The translations under genes and the position numbers were made by a program. A DNA stretch of 64,000 nt from Epiperipatus broadwayi. Lineage: Eukaryota; Animalia; Onychophora. Each line of letters opens with the position of its first letter. The first letter of the stretch is position 1. Positions 52,591 through 64,000 of this stretch are shown piece by piece. The stretch lies in the NCBI GenBank assembly GCA_028023455.1, contig JAQFVV010000003.1, positions 29,140,001-29,204,000 of the forward strand, in the 5' to 3' direction. A model generated the notes under the pieces. It had not been told where the DNA came from, did no database searches, and saw nothing but the letters and a program-made list of their open reading frames with translations.

Positions 52591-52751
52591 ATTATAATTG
52601 AAATAATAAATTTAACAGTTTACAAACTATTATAAACATTTCTTAAATCCGCAGAAGTACTTTCGGTTAAATTAACTGAAAGTACTTCTGCAGATTTAAG
52701 GATTGTTTATAATAGTTTGTAAACCGTTAAATTTATTATTTCAATTATAAT
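52591..52751. repeat. Near-perfect 161-bp palindrome
   Basis: ATTATAATTGAAATAATAAATTTAAC...TTCGGTTAA-A-TTAACTGAA...GTTAAATTTATTATTTCAATTATAAT, with only a few mismatches. Confidence 0.9.
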
Positions 52752-55329
52752 ATATATATATATACAAACACATACATTTATAATTATTGAAAAAATAATC
52801 AAAAAAACTGAATATAAAAAAAGAATATTTATCTAATACATATTTAGAATTTTTTTAAAATAAAAAAACACTTTTCATAATGCATTTTTCACAATGCTTT
52901 ATTTAACATATAACAGTTTTGATTCATTATCCTGGTCTTTTTCAAATAGTACTTATGAAAATCTTTGGTGTGAACTATTAACCTTTAACGAATAAACTAC
53001 TTATTTTTCATCATAATCTCTACTATCAATAATAGATTTGTTTCAACAATTTAGCCAATCCCTTGAAACTAATGCATAGAAGTTCGTTTTTCCATTTATA
53101 TTAGTGCATCTCTTTTCCACCTCTTTATATTTAGTTATGAATATCTGAGTAATAGATATTTCTCACTATAAGCAGAAAATATTTCTTTATGAATATTCTT
53201 TATAGATAGTAAAATGCGCATATCAGCAAACAATGTCTTTAAAAGTGGCATCATTATTTTAATTACAACTATATATGTGTACATCTATTAGGTGGACAGT
53301 GAAAAAAAACAAATAATTGTATGGCTAGATGAACACAAGTTGTATGACATTTGGCCACTAAAGCTCATTTATTTGATCAAATTGATTGGCCCAGAGATCT
53401 CTAAACTCTCGATTCCTCCACTCTTCCAACTATTATTCCTATTGCATCTAATCAATATTCAATAATCTCTTTATTGGCTTTCTTCATATTTAATTAATGT
53501 TATTTTAGAGAAGGGTAATGTTTTGATAATAAAAGATAATTATTCATATCTGTGCTTCAGAACCAGTTTATATAATTTCTTAAGATTTAATAAAGTTCTA
53601 AAATTATTTTATAAGAGATTATTATGTAAGTTAACGGTATTTTTTTCTTTAATATTTTTCTAGTTTCAATACATTATGTAAATCAGTTACTAAGATATTA
53701 ATGCTTGTTAAAAGGTTAAGATTAGTTTTATAAAAAGCTCTGAGTAGGTATAAGCAATATTTTTTTAAATATAGGCCTAATTCCAAATAAATAATTTACT
53801 GCTAGATATCATTCTAATACCAAATTCAGGATATTGTCATTGTGCAAAAGAAAAAAAAGTGAAATAAAAGATAATTTTATTAAAGAAATGAAAAGAAATA
53901 TTTATTTTCAAATTATTTATACTTTGTTAAAATTACATCACTATGTACTTTCAACTAATTTTTCAATTTCTGATTCCTAATAAACTCACAATTTTCCATC
54001 ATTCACATTGCATCCAATAAAATTAGCTTCATATTACCAATATCTTCATTATTAAATCCTAAATTCAACAATAAAAATAATTTGCCCCATGGCATAAGAA
54101 TTAACATATCTACTTGTATGCTTGAAACCTGGAGTCAAGTTATGATCACATAAAACTTGGAAATTTTTTAAAATTACAAGTAGGCTTAATCTAAGACTTT
54201 TCTTTCAGTTAATTGGTTCACAGCAACTTGTTAACCTTCCAATTATTAATCAGTAAATAGTTACCTAACTATTCTTAGCTAGAAATTAAAATCTAAAAAG
54301 AAAACCTTAAAACCATCACTATAGTCAACAATTGATAGTAGACCCAATGAACAATACCTTAACATTACTATTCTTCTTTTTTAAAGATTAACTGAAGAGG
54401 TTTTTGCTCTGCAGTAAAATAATCAAAAGCTGCTTTATCTTATCTATATATAAGGATCTATTTTAAAAGTTCATTAATCAACCTGACTTTTGTTAAATGT
54501 CTGTTCACAAATATAAAATAAAAAAATGATTATATATATGTTTGATTATAATACACAGCTGATCCAGTATTTCACCATATTGCAAATCAATAGCTAGACT
54601 GATATTGGAGTACAGATAATAAGTAATTATGATACATTTTCATTTGATGATAACATTCAAATACTCAAGGAAATGCATTAATTAAAGCAAGAATAATAAT
54701 AAATCAGTGTTCTGAAGAAATATTTATTTTATGGTAGAATTCAATCAAAAATAATTTTTAGTCAAATTCTATAACAAAAGATTGTGATTTCTTTGAAATA
54801 ATTTAAAACTATACAACAATAAAGGCAATAAGATAAAGATAGTTTGGGTCACTTAAATCAATTAATTTTCTTTTAATGATAAAATTATTATTATATCTCA
54901 TGAAAAAACTTTTGACAAACTTAATCAATAAAATTAATTATGATACATAACATCTGCTTTTCAATAAAAGCAATAAATAATAGTGTTTTAAAATTTCTGA
55001 TGTTCCAAAATCAAATTTTTTTTTTTTTTTGAGCAAAATATATTTATCGCTAATTCAAAGAAATTCTATAATTTTTGAATGGGATCTACTATAGCAATTT
55101 TATTTCCTAACTTTTTTTGTATGAAAACAATATTTCAACTAGTCAATATCAAAAAAATAATGGCTATAATTTCTTCCAGATAATATTAAGGAAAAAATCC
55201 ATTTTGGTTTTCTTAAAAATATTTTTCCAATTCATTTCTTTCAAAGAGATAACTAAAGTAAGTTCTGCACTAAATTTAAAATCATTGGCAATCATGGAAT
55301 AAAAATTAGATCCTTCACATCAGTTTTTA

Positions 55330-56470
55330 TTTGCTATTGAAAAGTAACAAAAGATAAAAGAAATAAAAAATTAAACATTGATATAAAGCATCACGAGACA
55401 AAGAGACTGAAACTAATTGTGAAAATGTTAAAGAACAAATAAAACAATCAAAAAATAAATTTATATAAAAGGAATCATGCAATAAATAAACAGCTTGAAA
55501 CTGATTGTGAGAATGTAAAATAAATAAAACCAAGATAAACATAAATATATAACTACAAGACAAACACAATCAAAAATTAAAAACAAATAAGACAAAAAAA
55601 AACAAAAACATTGTGAGAAATATAAAATAAATATAACAAATGAAAAGAAAATATAAGTACAAAGCATTATAAGGCAAACAACCAGAAACCTACTGTTAGA
55701 ATATAAACAAATAAAACAGAATATAAACAAATAAATCAGAACATAAATATAAGTATAAAGCATTACAAAATAAACTGCCTAAAACAGACTGTGACAATAT
55801 AGAACAAATATGACAAAAGAAAGATAAACATTAAGTACAAAATACCACAAAACAAACAGGTTGAATCTGAACATGAAAATATAAAAGAATAAATAAGACT
55901 TTTTAAAAAGATAACAATTATATAAACAAATCATCACAAGATAAACAATCTGAAACTGATTATAAGATTATAAAAGCATAAATAAATCAAAAGAAAAATA
56001 AACATACATACAACACATTACAAAACAAACAGTATGAAATTGATTTGTGAAAATATAGAAAAAAAGAAATAATAAAAAAAAGAAAGTAAATACAAAGTAT
56101 CACAAGACAAACAGCTTGAAATTGATTATGAAATTATAGAAAAACAAATAAGATAAACAGAAGAAAAATATAAATATAAAACATTACAAAACAAAAAAAC
56201 TAATCATGAAAAAAATTAAAAAAACAAATATGATAAAAGAAACATAATACAAAGCATCACAAGACAAATAGTCTGAAATTGACTATGAGAGTATATTTAA
56301 AAAAAACTAAAACCAAAGGAAAATAAACAAAAATACAAAGCATTACAAAAACAGCCTAAAACTGATTTAAAAATATACCAAAGACAAAAACAAATAAATA
56401 ACATAACAAGAAGATCAACATAAATACAAACTATGAAAAAATAGACAGTCGAAACTAATTGTGAGAATAA
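55330..56470 (+). repeat. Degenerate A-rich tandem repeat (unit about 60-75 nt)
   Basis: Recurrent AAATA(C/T)AAAGCAT(C/T)ACAA(G/A)ACAAACAG...GAAA(C/T)TGA(T/C)T motif with strong strand skew. Confidence 0.7.
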
Positions 56471-57502
56471 AATTATTACTGATATTATATTTTTGCTTCT
56501 ATGAATAAATCCAGAAAAAGATATTACAACAAACTGTATTGTTTTTGTATAACACAGAATTTGTTTTAACTCTGTTCATTATTGAATATATGAATACACT
56601 AATCACTTTATTTTTTCTTTCTAAAAATATTTTAGTGATAATAAAACAACTTCTTCAAATTAATAAACACAGTTTCTGATGTAAATATTCAATATAAATT
56701 TTACTTTTTAACAATTAATAGTAAAGTATAATAAAAACACTTTTGAATAAAGATTTAAAAGTAGTTAATACTATCAATAAGTAAGAATTTTTATATTTTT
56801 TATTATTACATGGCTATGCCTTTAGTGCAATAATATAAGAGATAAACTCATGGCTAGTTTCCAAAATTCATTTTCAGCTGAATAAAAATAAATTAAATAT
56901 ATATATTCCATTGACTAAGTGGAAATATTTTACTCAATCTCCACTAGGATGTCTAAATGGCACATGATCTGCTGAGCAACTTAATCAGGTTTTATTATTT
57001 TAAAAGTGTATATAAAATTTGTGTTATTAATAAAGAATATACTTTAAATAAATAAATATTTATATAAAATTAAGAGCAAAAACTGATGAGTCTATTATCC
57101 ATCAATCTTATTTATAATAAAAAAAATTTAAAAATAAATTACACACTAATTACACTTCTCATTCACCAAAATAAAATAAAAAACAAAAATAATTTTCATT
57201 GTTATTCTGAAATTAATAATTTATCAATAATATTTTTCTTTAGTTGAAAATTTATTTAGAAACTTTTAGAAGTCAAGTTCATTATTCATGGCACTAGCTA
57301 AATTGCACATGGCATAATTTTAATTATGTGGGACACTAAAAAAAAACATTAACACATAAATAATAAATTTTTTACTGAAGAACCACTTCCTACTTGTGCA
57401 ATTTATCTAAAGTGTAATTGAAATTTTAAAAAAAACTTTGCATTGAATCTCTCCCAGAGTTAGACTTATATCCACTTTCTAGTTTAAATGTAGCAATCTT
57501 AC

Positions 57503-57662
57503 CAGATTTAATGCCATCAAAGTAACAACAACTGCTGTCTCGCCTCCTTGGGTTGTTACATTCAATGGTTCATTTGCCTTATTTTCCTTTAATTTCTGTA
57601 AATAGGCATATGATTCTGGGAAAATAGAAGACTGGTACCGAGATGAAAATAATTGGCCATAT
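57503..57662 (-). CDS. GTF3C1: GTF3C1 internal exon
   Basis: Acceptor ttttttag, donor gtaaga, 160 nt, phase 2 to 0. YGQLFSSRYQSSIFPESYAYLQKLK...QGGETAVVVTLMALNL matches the GTF3C1 pattern YRIFTWRF...ESFQFLDRMR...GGNCVAVLTLFSLGL. Confidence 0.85.
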
Positions 57663-60600
57663 CTAAAAAAAATCATAATTTTCATATTACTAGTAATAAA
57701 ATTTAGTGAATACAAAAAACAAATAAATAGAGATTATAAATCATAATTGAATCCATAACTCTATGAAGAACTGCAATGAATTAAAACAATATTGACACTG
57801 TACAGTGAGAAAAAACATTGAAAACAATAAATAAGATCTAAATGCATTTTTGGTGCTGAGATACTGTTGTCAAATTATTTAAGTTATATTTAATATTTTC
57901 AATGTTTCTTCCAATATACAGTATTAAAATTACCTTTAATTCATTGATTTTATTATTATTAAAAAAATTTTTTTTTTATATTTCAAATTAATCTGAAAAT
58001 AATATTTACATAAAACCCATTCTTAATGGTCATTATTATTTTTAGAAATTAGATAAGAGAAGCATCAAGGAATCACTCATATATATTTTATAACAGGCAA
58101 AGGCCACTCTCTTATTATGTATCACAATAATAAGTTTTCTAAATTTGACTCCAATGTTAAATGTACATACATTTCTCCTTGATGAATGATTTCTACTTGA
58201 CATTTCCTATTTTGACTTCTAAGTGATATTCTTTCACTCACTGCCATCTATGTAATTTTGTTGTACTAAAAGATAGTTCTATGAGTTTACACTAAACCAT
58301 GTTTAAAGTAGTCTTAAAATAAACAAGAAAAAAATGAAGAGATTGTAAACTGTGTTTCGACTGAATTACTTACTGCTTTAAGCAGACTAATTGGATGTCA
58401 AATACTAGTATAATGATACCTTCAACCATTTTTTTTTGTGAGAGAATATATTGCAATGAGATGAGGTATCAGGATGCTAATAGGAAGGATGGCAAATATT
58501 TCAAATAATAATGAAATTACAAAAAAATGTAATATTAAAGTATAATAGTTTTGTAGTAGTTTTTATACAAAAATATATAAGAATTTTTATATATTGAAGA
58601 GATGTTATATATTTAAGAGCATGGGATCATAAAATCTCTCAGAGATCAGCCAGCTAACTCCTCAGAGAAACTACAGTAATTAACCATCAACCAGCATTAT
58701 AAAAAGTAAAAGTACTCATCAATAATTGTCAAAAGTAAAAGTAATGACCATTCATTATCAATAATGATCCATCAAAAGAAATCAATAAAATAAATCAGAA
58801 TAAAATCAACAATCCCATCTTGTGGCTGGATTTGAACAATAAAAAAATATAAATCAACAGTCAATCTGGTGACTAGATTAGAAATGGGTCTTCTGTAGAC
58901 CAGGCTAACTATTGAGCTCTTGCCAGCTTGTGGCAGATTAGTGAAATCATTAACTTGGATGCACCAACTAAGTGGTAATCCATTAGAATACATAAAAATC
59001 AGAACAATAATGCTGGGATATTAAAACATGCTGATCATCATCAATGCTCTGGCCACTTGTACTGGCCAACTATAAACTCAACTTCTAATAAGACTAAACT
59101 AAAATCAAATGTATTGCATGGGCTTTAAAGAGTATTCTCTTTTCCGCTAACAAGGATGATGATTGATCATCTCTGGATGTCCAAAAGCACTAACATACAT
59201 CCCCATTTATATTTCAGCTGTTATTGCATGAATCTAGCTTAGAGAACATGTGACCAAAAGATGATGAAAACAGATATTCTAAAAATATTTAGAACCACTG
59301 GAATAGTTTTCATAATTGAACATAAGTTTATTAACAATAAAAATAAAAATGATAATATTAAGGTCTCTAAAAGCCTTCTGATTTTGATTAACATATAATA
59401 ATAAAAAAATTATCACATTTGTGATTTATAAAATTACTATACAAAATTCAGATTATTACACTGATTTACAATACTTATTAATAGGTTTCCATAAACATAT
59501 ATATATATCCATACACAGATGTGCATTTTATAATATACAAGAAATGCATTTCAATTGACATTCAATAATGACAAAAATGATTAAATATATGTCCTATTTT
59601 AATTTGTTACAGTAATATTATATTTTTCTAATTAATTCCATTTGAAAAACATACATAAATTTTACATATATACATGTCTATCAATAATAATAAAAAAATC
59701 AGTTTATCAAATTCCATTAGTTTCTTTTTCTTTGAAAATAAAGTATAGTCAATTTTTGACAGAAAAGTTCTTATTTTTATCAGGTAACTCTTAAGTAATT
59801 ATAGTTTTCTTTTTTTTTTCTTTTTAAAAGGAGTCACTTTTTGATTGTTGATTAATTAATTATCAATGTTTTTAAATTAATCTAAAAGATTTCATTTTTG
59901 ATTTTAATTCAAACAAAATTATGATTGCATTATTTTAAAAAAATAGATTTTAAAATAATGTTCTTATATATGTGTCTCAGATCATAGGCTGCTTCTCTAA
60001 AAGATTTTAAAATATCTTTTAACTGTTAATTCTGGTTCTTAGATTTTTTTAATCCAAGCAGAGTTATTTATTTACATTAATATTTTTTAAAAAAATATAG
60101 AGTTTAAATAATTTAAGATAATACTGTTCTATGTTATATATCTCATTTTTTAGAATGTAATTTTTTTTTTAAAAAAAAGAATTTTTTGAAACAACTCACA
60201 TTATATATGCGAAGCAATGCATTTGTTTGTGGTTCATTACATGCATAAATAAACAGCAGCATATGTCTACCAATTTTTTGGCAAGTTGATGGGTAAGTAT
60301 CATCATCAGGGAAGTATAGTCCAGGCAACTGACACTATTGGGAAAGTACAATCAGGTATGTTGGCATTCCATGAGCTCCCTTCTGCCTAGGGCTTGACAA
60401 ACTGTCTTGGTTTGATAGATTTCAGGCAAGCAACTGTCCTCAGCACAAATCTGTAGCTATAAATTTTCAACACAAAGAAGTGGGTCATTTTCCTCCACGT
60501 GAATTCAAACTCCACCAATAAAATGTAGACTGCTGTTGGATCTCCTGCCTTGACTTCAGCTACATCTTCATGGGAGCTCTGTCCAACTCTGCTAGCTAAT

Positions 60601-62275
60601 TCTGCAGCTAGCTATTTTGCTTTTCAAAAATATTATTAGCCGAGCCTTCTGGCCAGCTCTTACAAAAACTACAAGCCAAACTGAACTGATATTTTTTTAT
60701 CAGTCTTTTTATAATCTTGGTTGGGTCAGGTGATAAAAACATACATGACTGTTTTCAATCTATCTAATCCTTTTGAAAAATAAGTTTGAAGTTTTATCAA
60801 AATATGATATACATGTTTTTACTTAGATAAGAGATTTACCAATTAATTAAAAGATTTCAAAAATAGACATTTTTATAATTATCAGAAAACATGCTTATTT
60901 TTAAATTTCAAAATCAGAGTAATAATAATACAATATTTAGATCTTTTTAAATGCTTTAATTTATAATAAAATTCTGTTTTAAATTGAGTTATTTAATCCT
61001 TTACAATCATTATTATTCCAAGTGAAATGTAGAAAAATATTTACAAAAATTTATGTCTGTGTTTATTTCTACTTTCCTTTATATATATATATGTGTGTGT
61101 GTGTGCACACACAACTATGTTGCTGTGTGCCATGTAACCCAGATGGTTACAATATTTAGATGATAATTTAGAATACATCATTTTTCTTGGTAAAGGTTAA
61201 AATATCTGAATAGATTGTAACCAAGATTATTAAGTGGACGAACTTCACATTTAACCAGGGTTTAAAATTTTAGGGATAAACACAATTAAAAAAAAATATG
61301 GATTGTTGTAGAACATTCTTTTTCTAATAAAGATGTAACAATCACAGAAAACAATAACTGCATTGTATCTAGTGATTATTCATATCAACATAAATATATA
61401 AAAAAAACATAAAACAAATGTCACTGCTATATATTTCTATAAATAGATTTTTACACAAAAAATTCAATGGCCACCATTTACTTTTATTCTGCCATTCAAA
61501 GCTAATGGTTGGAAAACTCAAATTCTAATTTTAAATGACAGAACAATAAATAATGTACTTCTAACATTAGATTATCAATTACATATTATAATGCTCTCAG
61601 TTACAGGTTAATTTAAGTCCTTTTAACTCCGGAATTTTCAAGCTATGAGCTTTGAATAGCAAAAAAAATATAAAAGTGGGCAAAAGAACAGAAACAGCTC
61701 AAATCTAGTGTCTTCAATCAAAAGGCCAGTTAGAAAAAAACAGATCACAGTAGTCTGGTTGCACTATTATCTAGTATCTATTGATTTACTCAGAGCTTAT
61801 CTGGTTTGATTTTGAAATTGAGTGGCAGACATCATTATTTAATTTCCAGAAGAAAAAAAAGATTCTTATATATTGTATATACATACATGTTGACAAATAT
61901 TTTGAATACAACAAATGCCAAACATTCTTCGAGATTTTCCAATGCATAAATACCATTTTATGGTGAAAAATCAGTAATTAAATAAATGGTCTTGATCATT
62001 ATTCTAACAAATCACGGTATCCAAAATTGCATGCCAATATTTCAATAACAGCTTGATTATGTATAGATGATTGGATTACCAAATAGAACTGGATGTATTT
62101 TATATATTATATGTAATCGCAACAACAATCAAATTCATTTACCTATTAATCTCTTGTCTGAATTTATCATAGAAAAATACAAAATATTTGATGCACACAG
62201 AGGCAAGTATATGCATTAGTATATATATATGTAAGTGAAATTCTAAAAATTTTAATCAAGCCTGTAAATAAACTA

Positions 62276-63054
62276 TGTAATAATGATAATATAAATTTAT
62301 TCATGTAACAACCAAATTCCAAAACATTATGATAATTTGCAAATCAGAGTCCCAAAGAAGCACTTAAATGATCTTGCAAATAATCCTCCTTTCTTATATC
62401 AAAAAAAAAAAAAAAAGAAAGACTGTCATATCTCACCTTGCCTTCAGAAGTGGACTAGTCCAGACTCCTTCTTTATCTGATTGGATTGAGCATTTATTGC
62501 TGCTAACCAGTGGATGTTTTAAACGTATAAGAGTAACACACAGCCATTGGTTAGTATGGACCAATAGGCAGTGACGCTCTCTGAATCTGATTGGTTCCAA
62601 TAAGATTGGGGATCTGACAATAAATAGCTTTTTTAGAGGTAAAGAGAGAACGTCTGTTTAACCTCAGGAACGGTATGCATTATCCATTGAAACTACTGCT
62701 AACAGTGAGTGTTTCCATTATAGCCATTCCTCTATAGGTCTATGCAGTGAGTCAAGTCCACAATAGGACTGGAAGCTTCTAAGACCAGACACGACTGAAG
62801 GCAAGCTGTCTCATATAGCCGAAAGAGTCATTGGACAAACTTATCAGGCAGGCTATTACATATAGCTGGAAGTGAGTCAAGTCTTACAGGCATGACTGGC
62901 CTTGTATTAATTGAGATTATATATGTGGCAGTATATTAATTGATATTGTACATTATGTAAATATATTTAATCTAATAAATCATATTAATTGAACTTCAGG
63001 TGGTCGTATATTTTGTTACTGCTGGTTTGAATCTGCAATCCAGATCAAACACAA
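62276..63054 (+). mobile_element. Probable solo LTR (same family as 15280-16019)
   Basis: Similar to 15430-16017. TATA-like CAATAAATAG at ~62620 and AATAAA at ~62975. Confidence 0.55.
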
Positions 63055-63761
63055 TTTTGTCCCATAATTAATTGACATTGACTATAAGAAAAAGGCATTA
63101 TTTGCAAGGTTATTTAAATGACTCCTTCTGAATCTGGGTTGCAAATTATCATTGTAACATTTTCAAACTTGGTTGTTCCATGGATAGATTTATATATAAT
63201 GAATATGTAATCAACTTTTCTAGAAATAGTTATATAATTTTTAAGCTTATAAACAAAAAAAAAATTTAAGAGATTTATTTAAATATACTAACTTGTCAAT
63301 ATATAACATGCATTTTTTTTTTTCTAACCGAGAATGTAAAATTCAATAAAATATAAAAATTTAAGGACAGCTTTTGAAATTAATGTGTAAAACTTACATG
63401 TATTTTTGCCCTTTCTAACATTGCAGACAGTTCAATCCTTTCTGCAATGCTCAAATTTTCAGCCATTATGAATATTTTTTTATAATTATATAGTTGTTGA
63501 TAGTTTGCTATTTACATAAAGCCAAGCAAATACTATCAATTAGAACCATAATTTTTTAAAATGGATAATAGATTGGTACTATAAATAAAAAAGATCTCTC
63601 TATTTTTTTTCTTCTGTAATGTGAGAGAGCTTTAATGTAATATTGATTGTTTAAAATTTACTTTTTCAAAAATCTGAAAATATAATTTTACTGTTATGTC
63701 AATTGAGCTTGAGAGATTCATTTAGCTTTCAAATTGTATGATACTGATTAATTATACTTAC

Positions 63762-63826
63762 ATATGTGACAAATGATACTGCATGGTAATGGACAACACG
63801 GCTCTAATTCTTTTCTTATCGTAACT
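63762..63826 (-). CDS. GTF3C1: GTF3C1 internal exon (first exon in window)
   Basis: Acceptor ttttttaag, donor gtaagt, 65 nt. Reads SYDKKRIRAVLSITMQYHLSH plus AT, which joins the next exon in phase 2. It resembles the vertebrate GTF3C1 segment KKNRALPFVPMSYQLSQTY (recalled, not computed). Confidence 0.75.
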
Positions 63827-64000
63827 CTTAAAAAACAGAATAAGTAATAAAAATTACAAAAATAATAAGAATCACAGTAATAATTTTAACAAAAGAACAA
63901 ACCATATTTATAATATATTAAAAGTACTCAGAAAATTCTTAAGTCAAACCCTTTAGACAAAAAAAAAAAAACTGTCTCTGAACTAATTGCATATCTGCGA

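Noticed and set aside
55327-55763. Hydrophobic F/L/I/Y/C-rich ORFs (also 10216-10434, 17022-17204, 49423-49767)
   Set aside because: Artefacts of T-rich repeats or antisense reading of K/E-rich TE coding sequence.
63392-63507. Exon-like segment with a strong GTAAGT donor (NYQQLYNYKK...ERAKIH)
   Set aside because: Its phase is incompatible with the flanking GTF3C1 exons, which already join in frame, and it shows no recognisable similarity.

Overview
Very AT-rich, CpG-depleted eukaryotic (metazoan, probably arthropod) genomic DNA. The whole window lies inside one minus-strand gene, GTF3C1 (TFIIIC B-box-binding largest subunit). Seven short exons from its C-terminal part (63762-63826, 57503-57662, 51893-52513, 29320-29445, 23557-23957, 12805-12997, 505-595) join in frame across 5-22 kb introns. 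The introns are filled with transposable elements: a young gag-only Ty3/gypsy LTR element (47054-51502), older gypsy, RTE, other LINE and Penelope remnants, solo LTRs, a hAT MITE, a pogo/Tigger-like element and a fold-back element. The most striking signal is a family of non-coding ~455-nt repeats carrying a minimal type I hammerhead ribozyme. They occur as circularly permuted 1.0-1.2-mers, mostly inserted as fold-back (inverted + direct) structures with 11-15 bp target-site duplications, as expected for Penelope-mobilised retrozymes. At least three other hammerhead-bearing hairpin families are also present, and two unrelated families share an unusual A/A juxtaposition at the base of stem II. 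All assignments were made by eye, without database searches.
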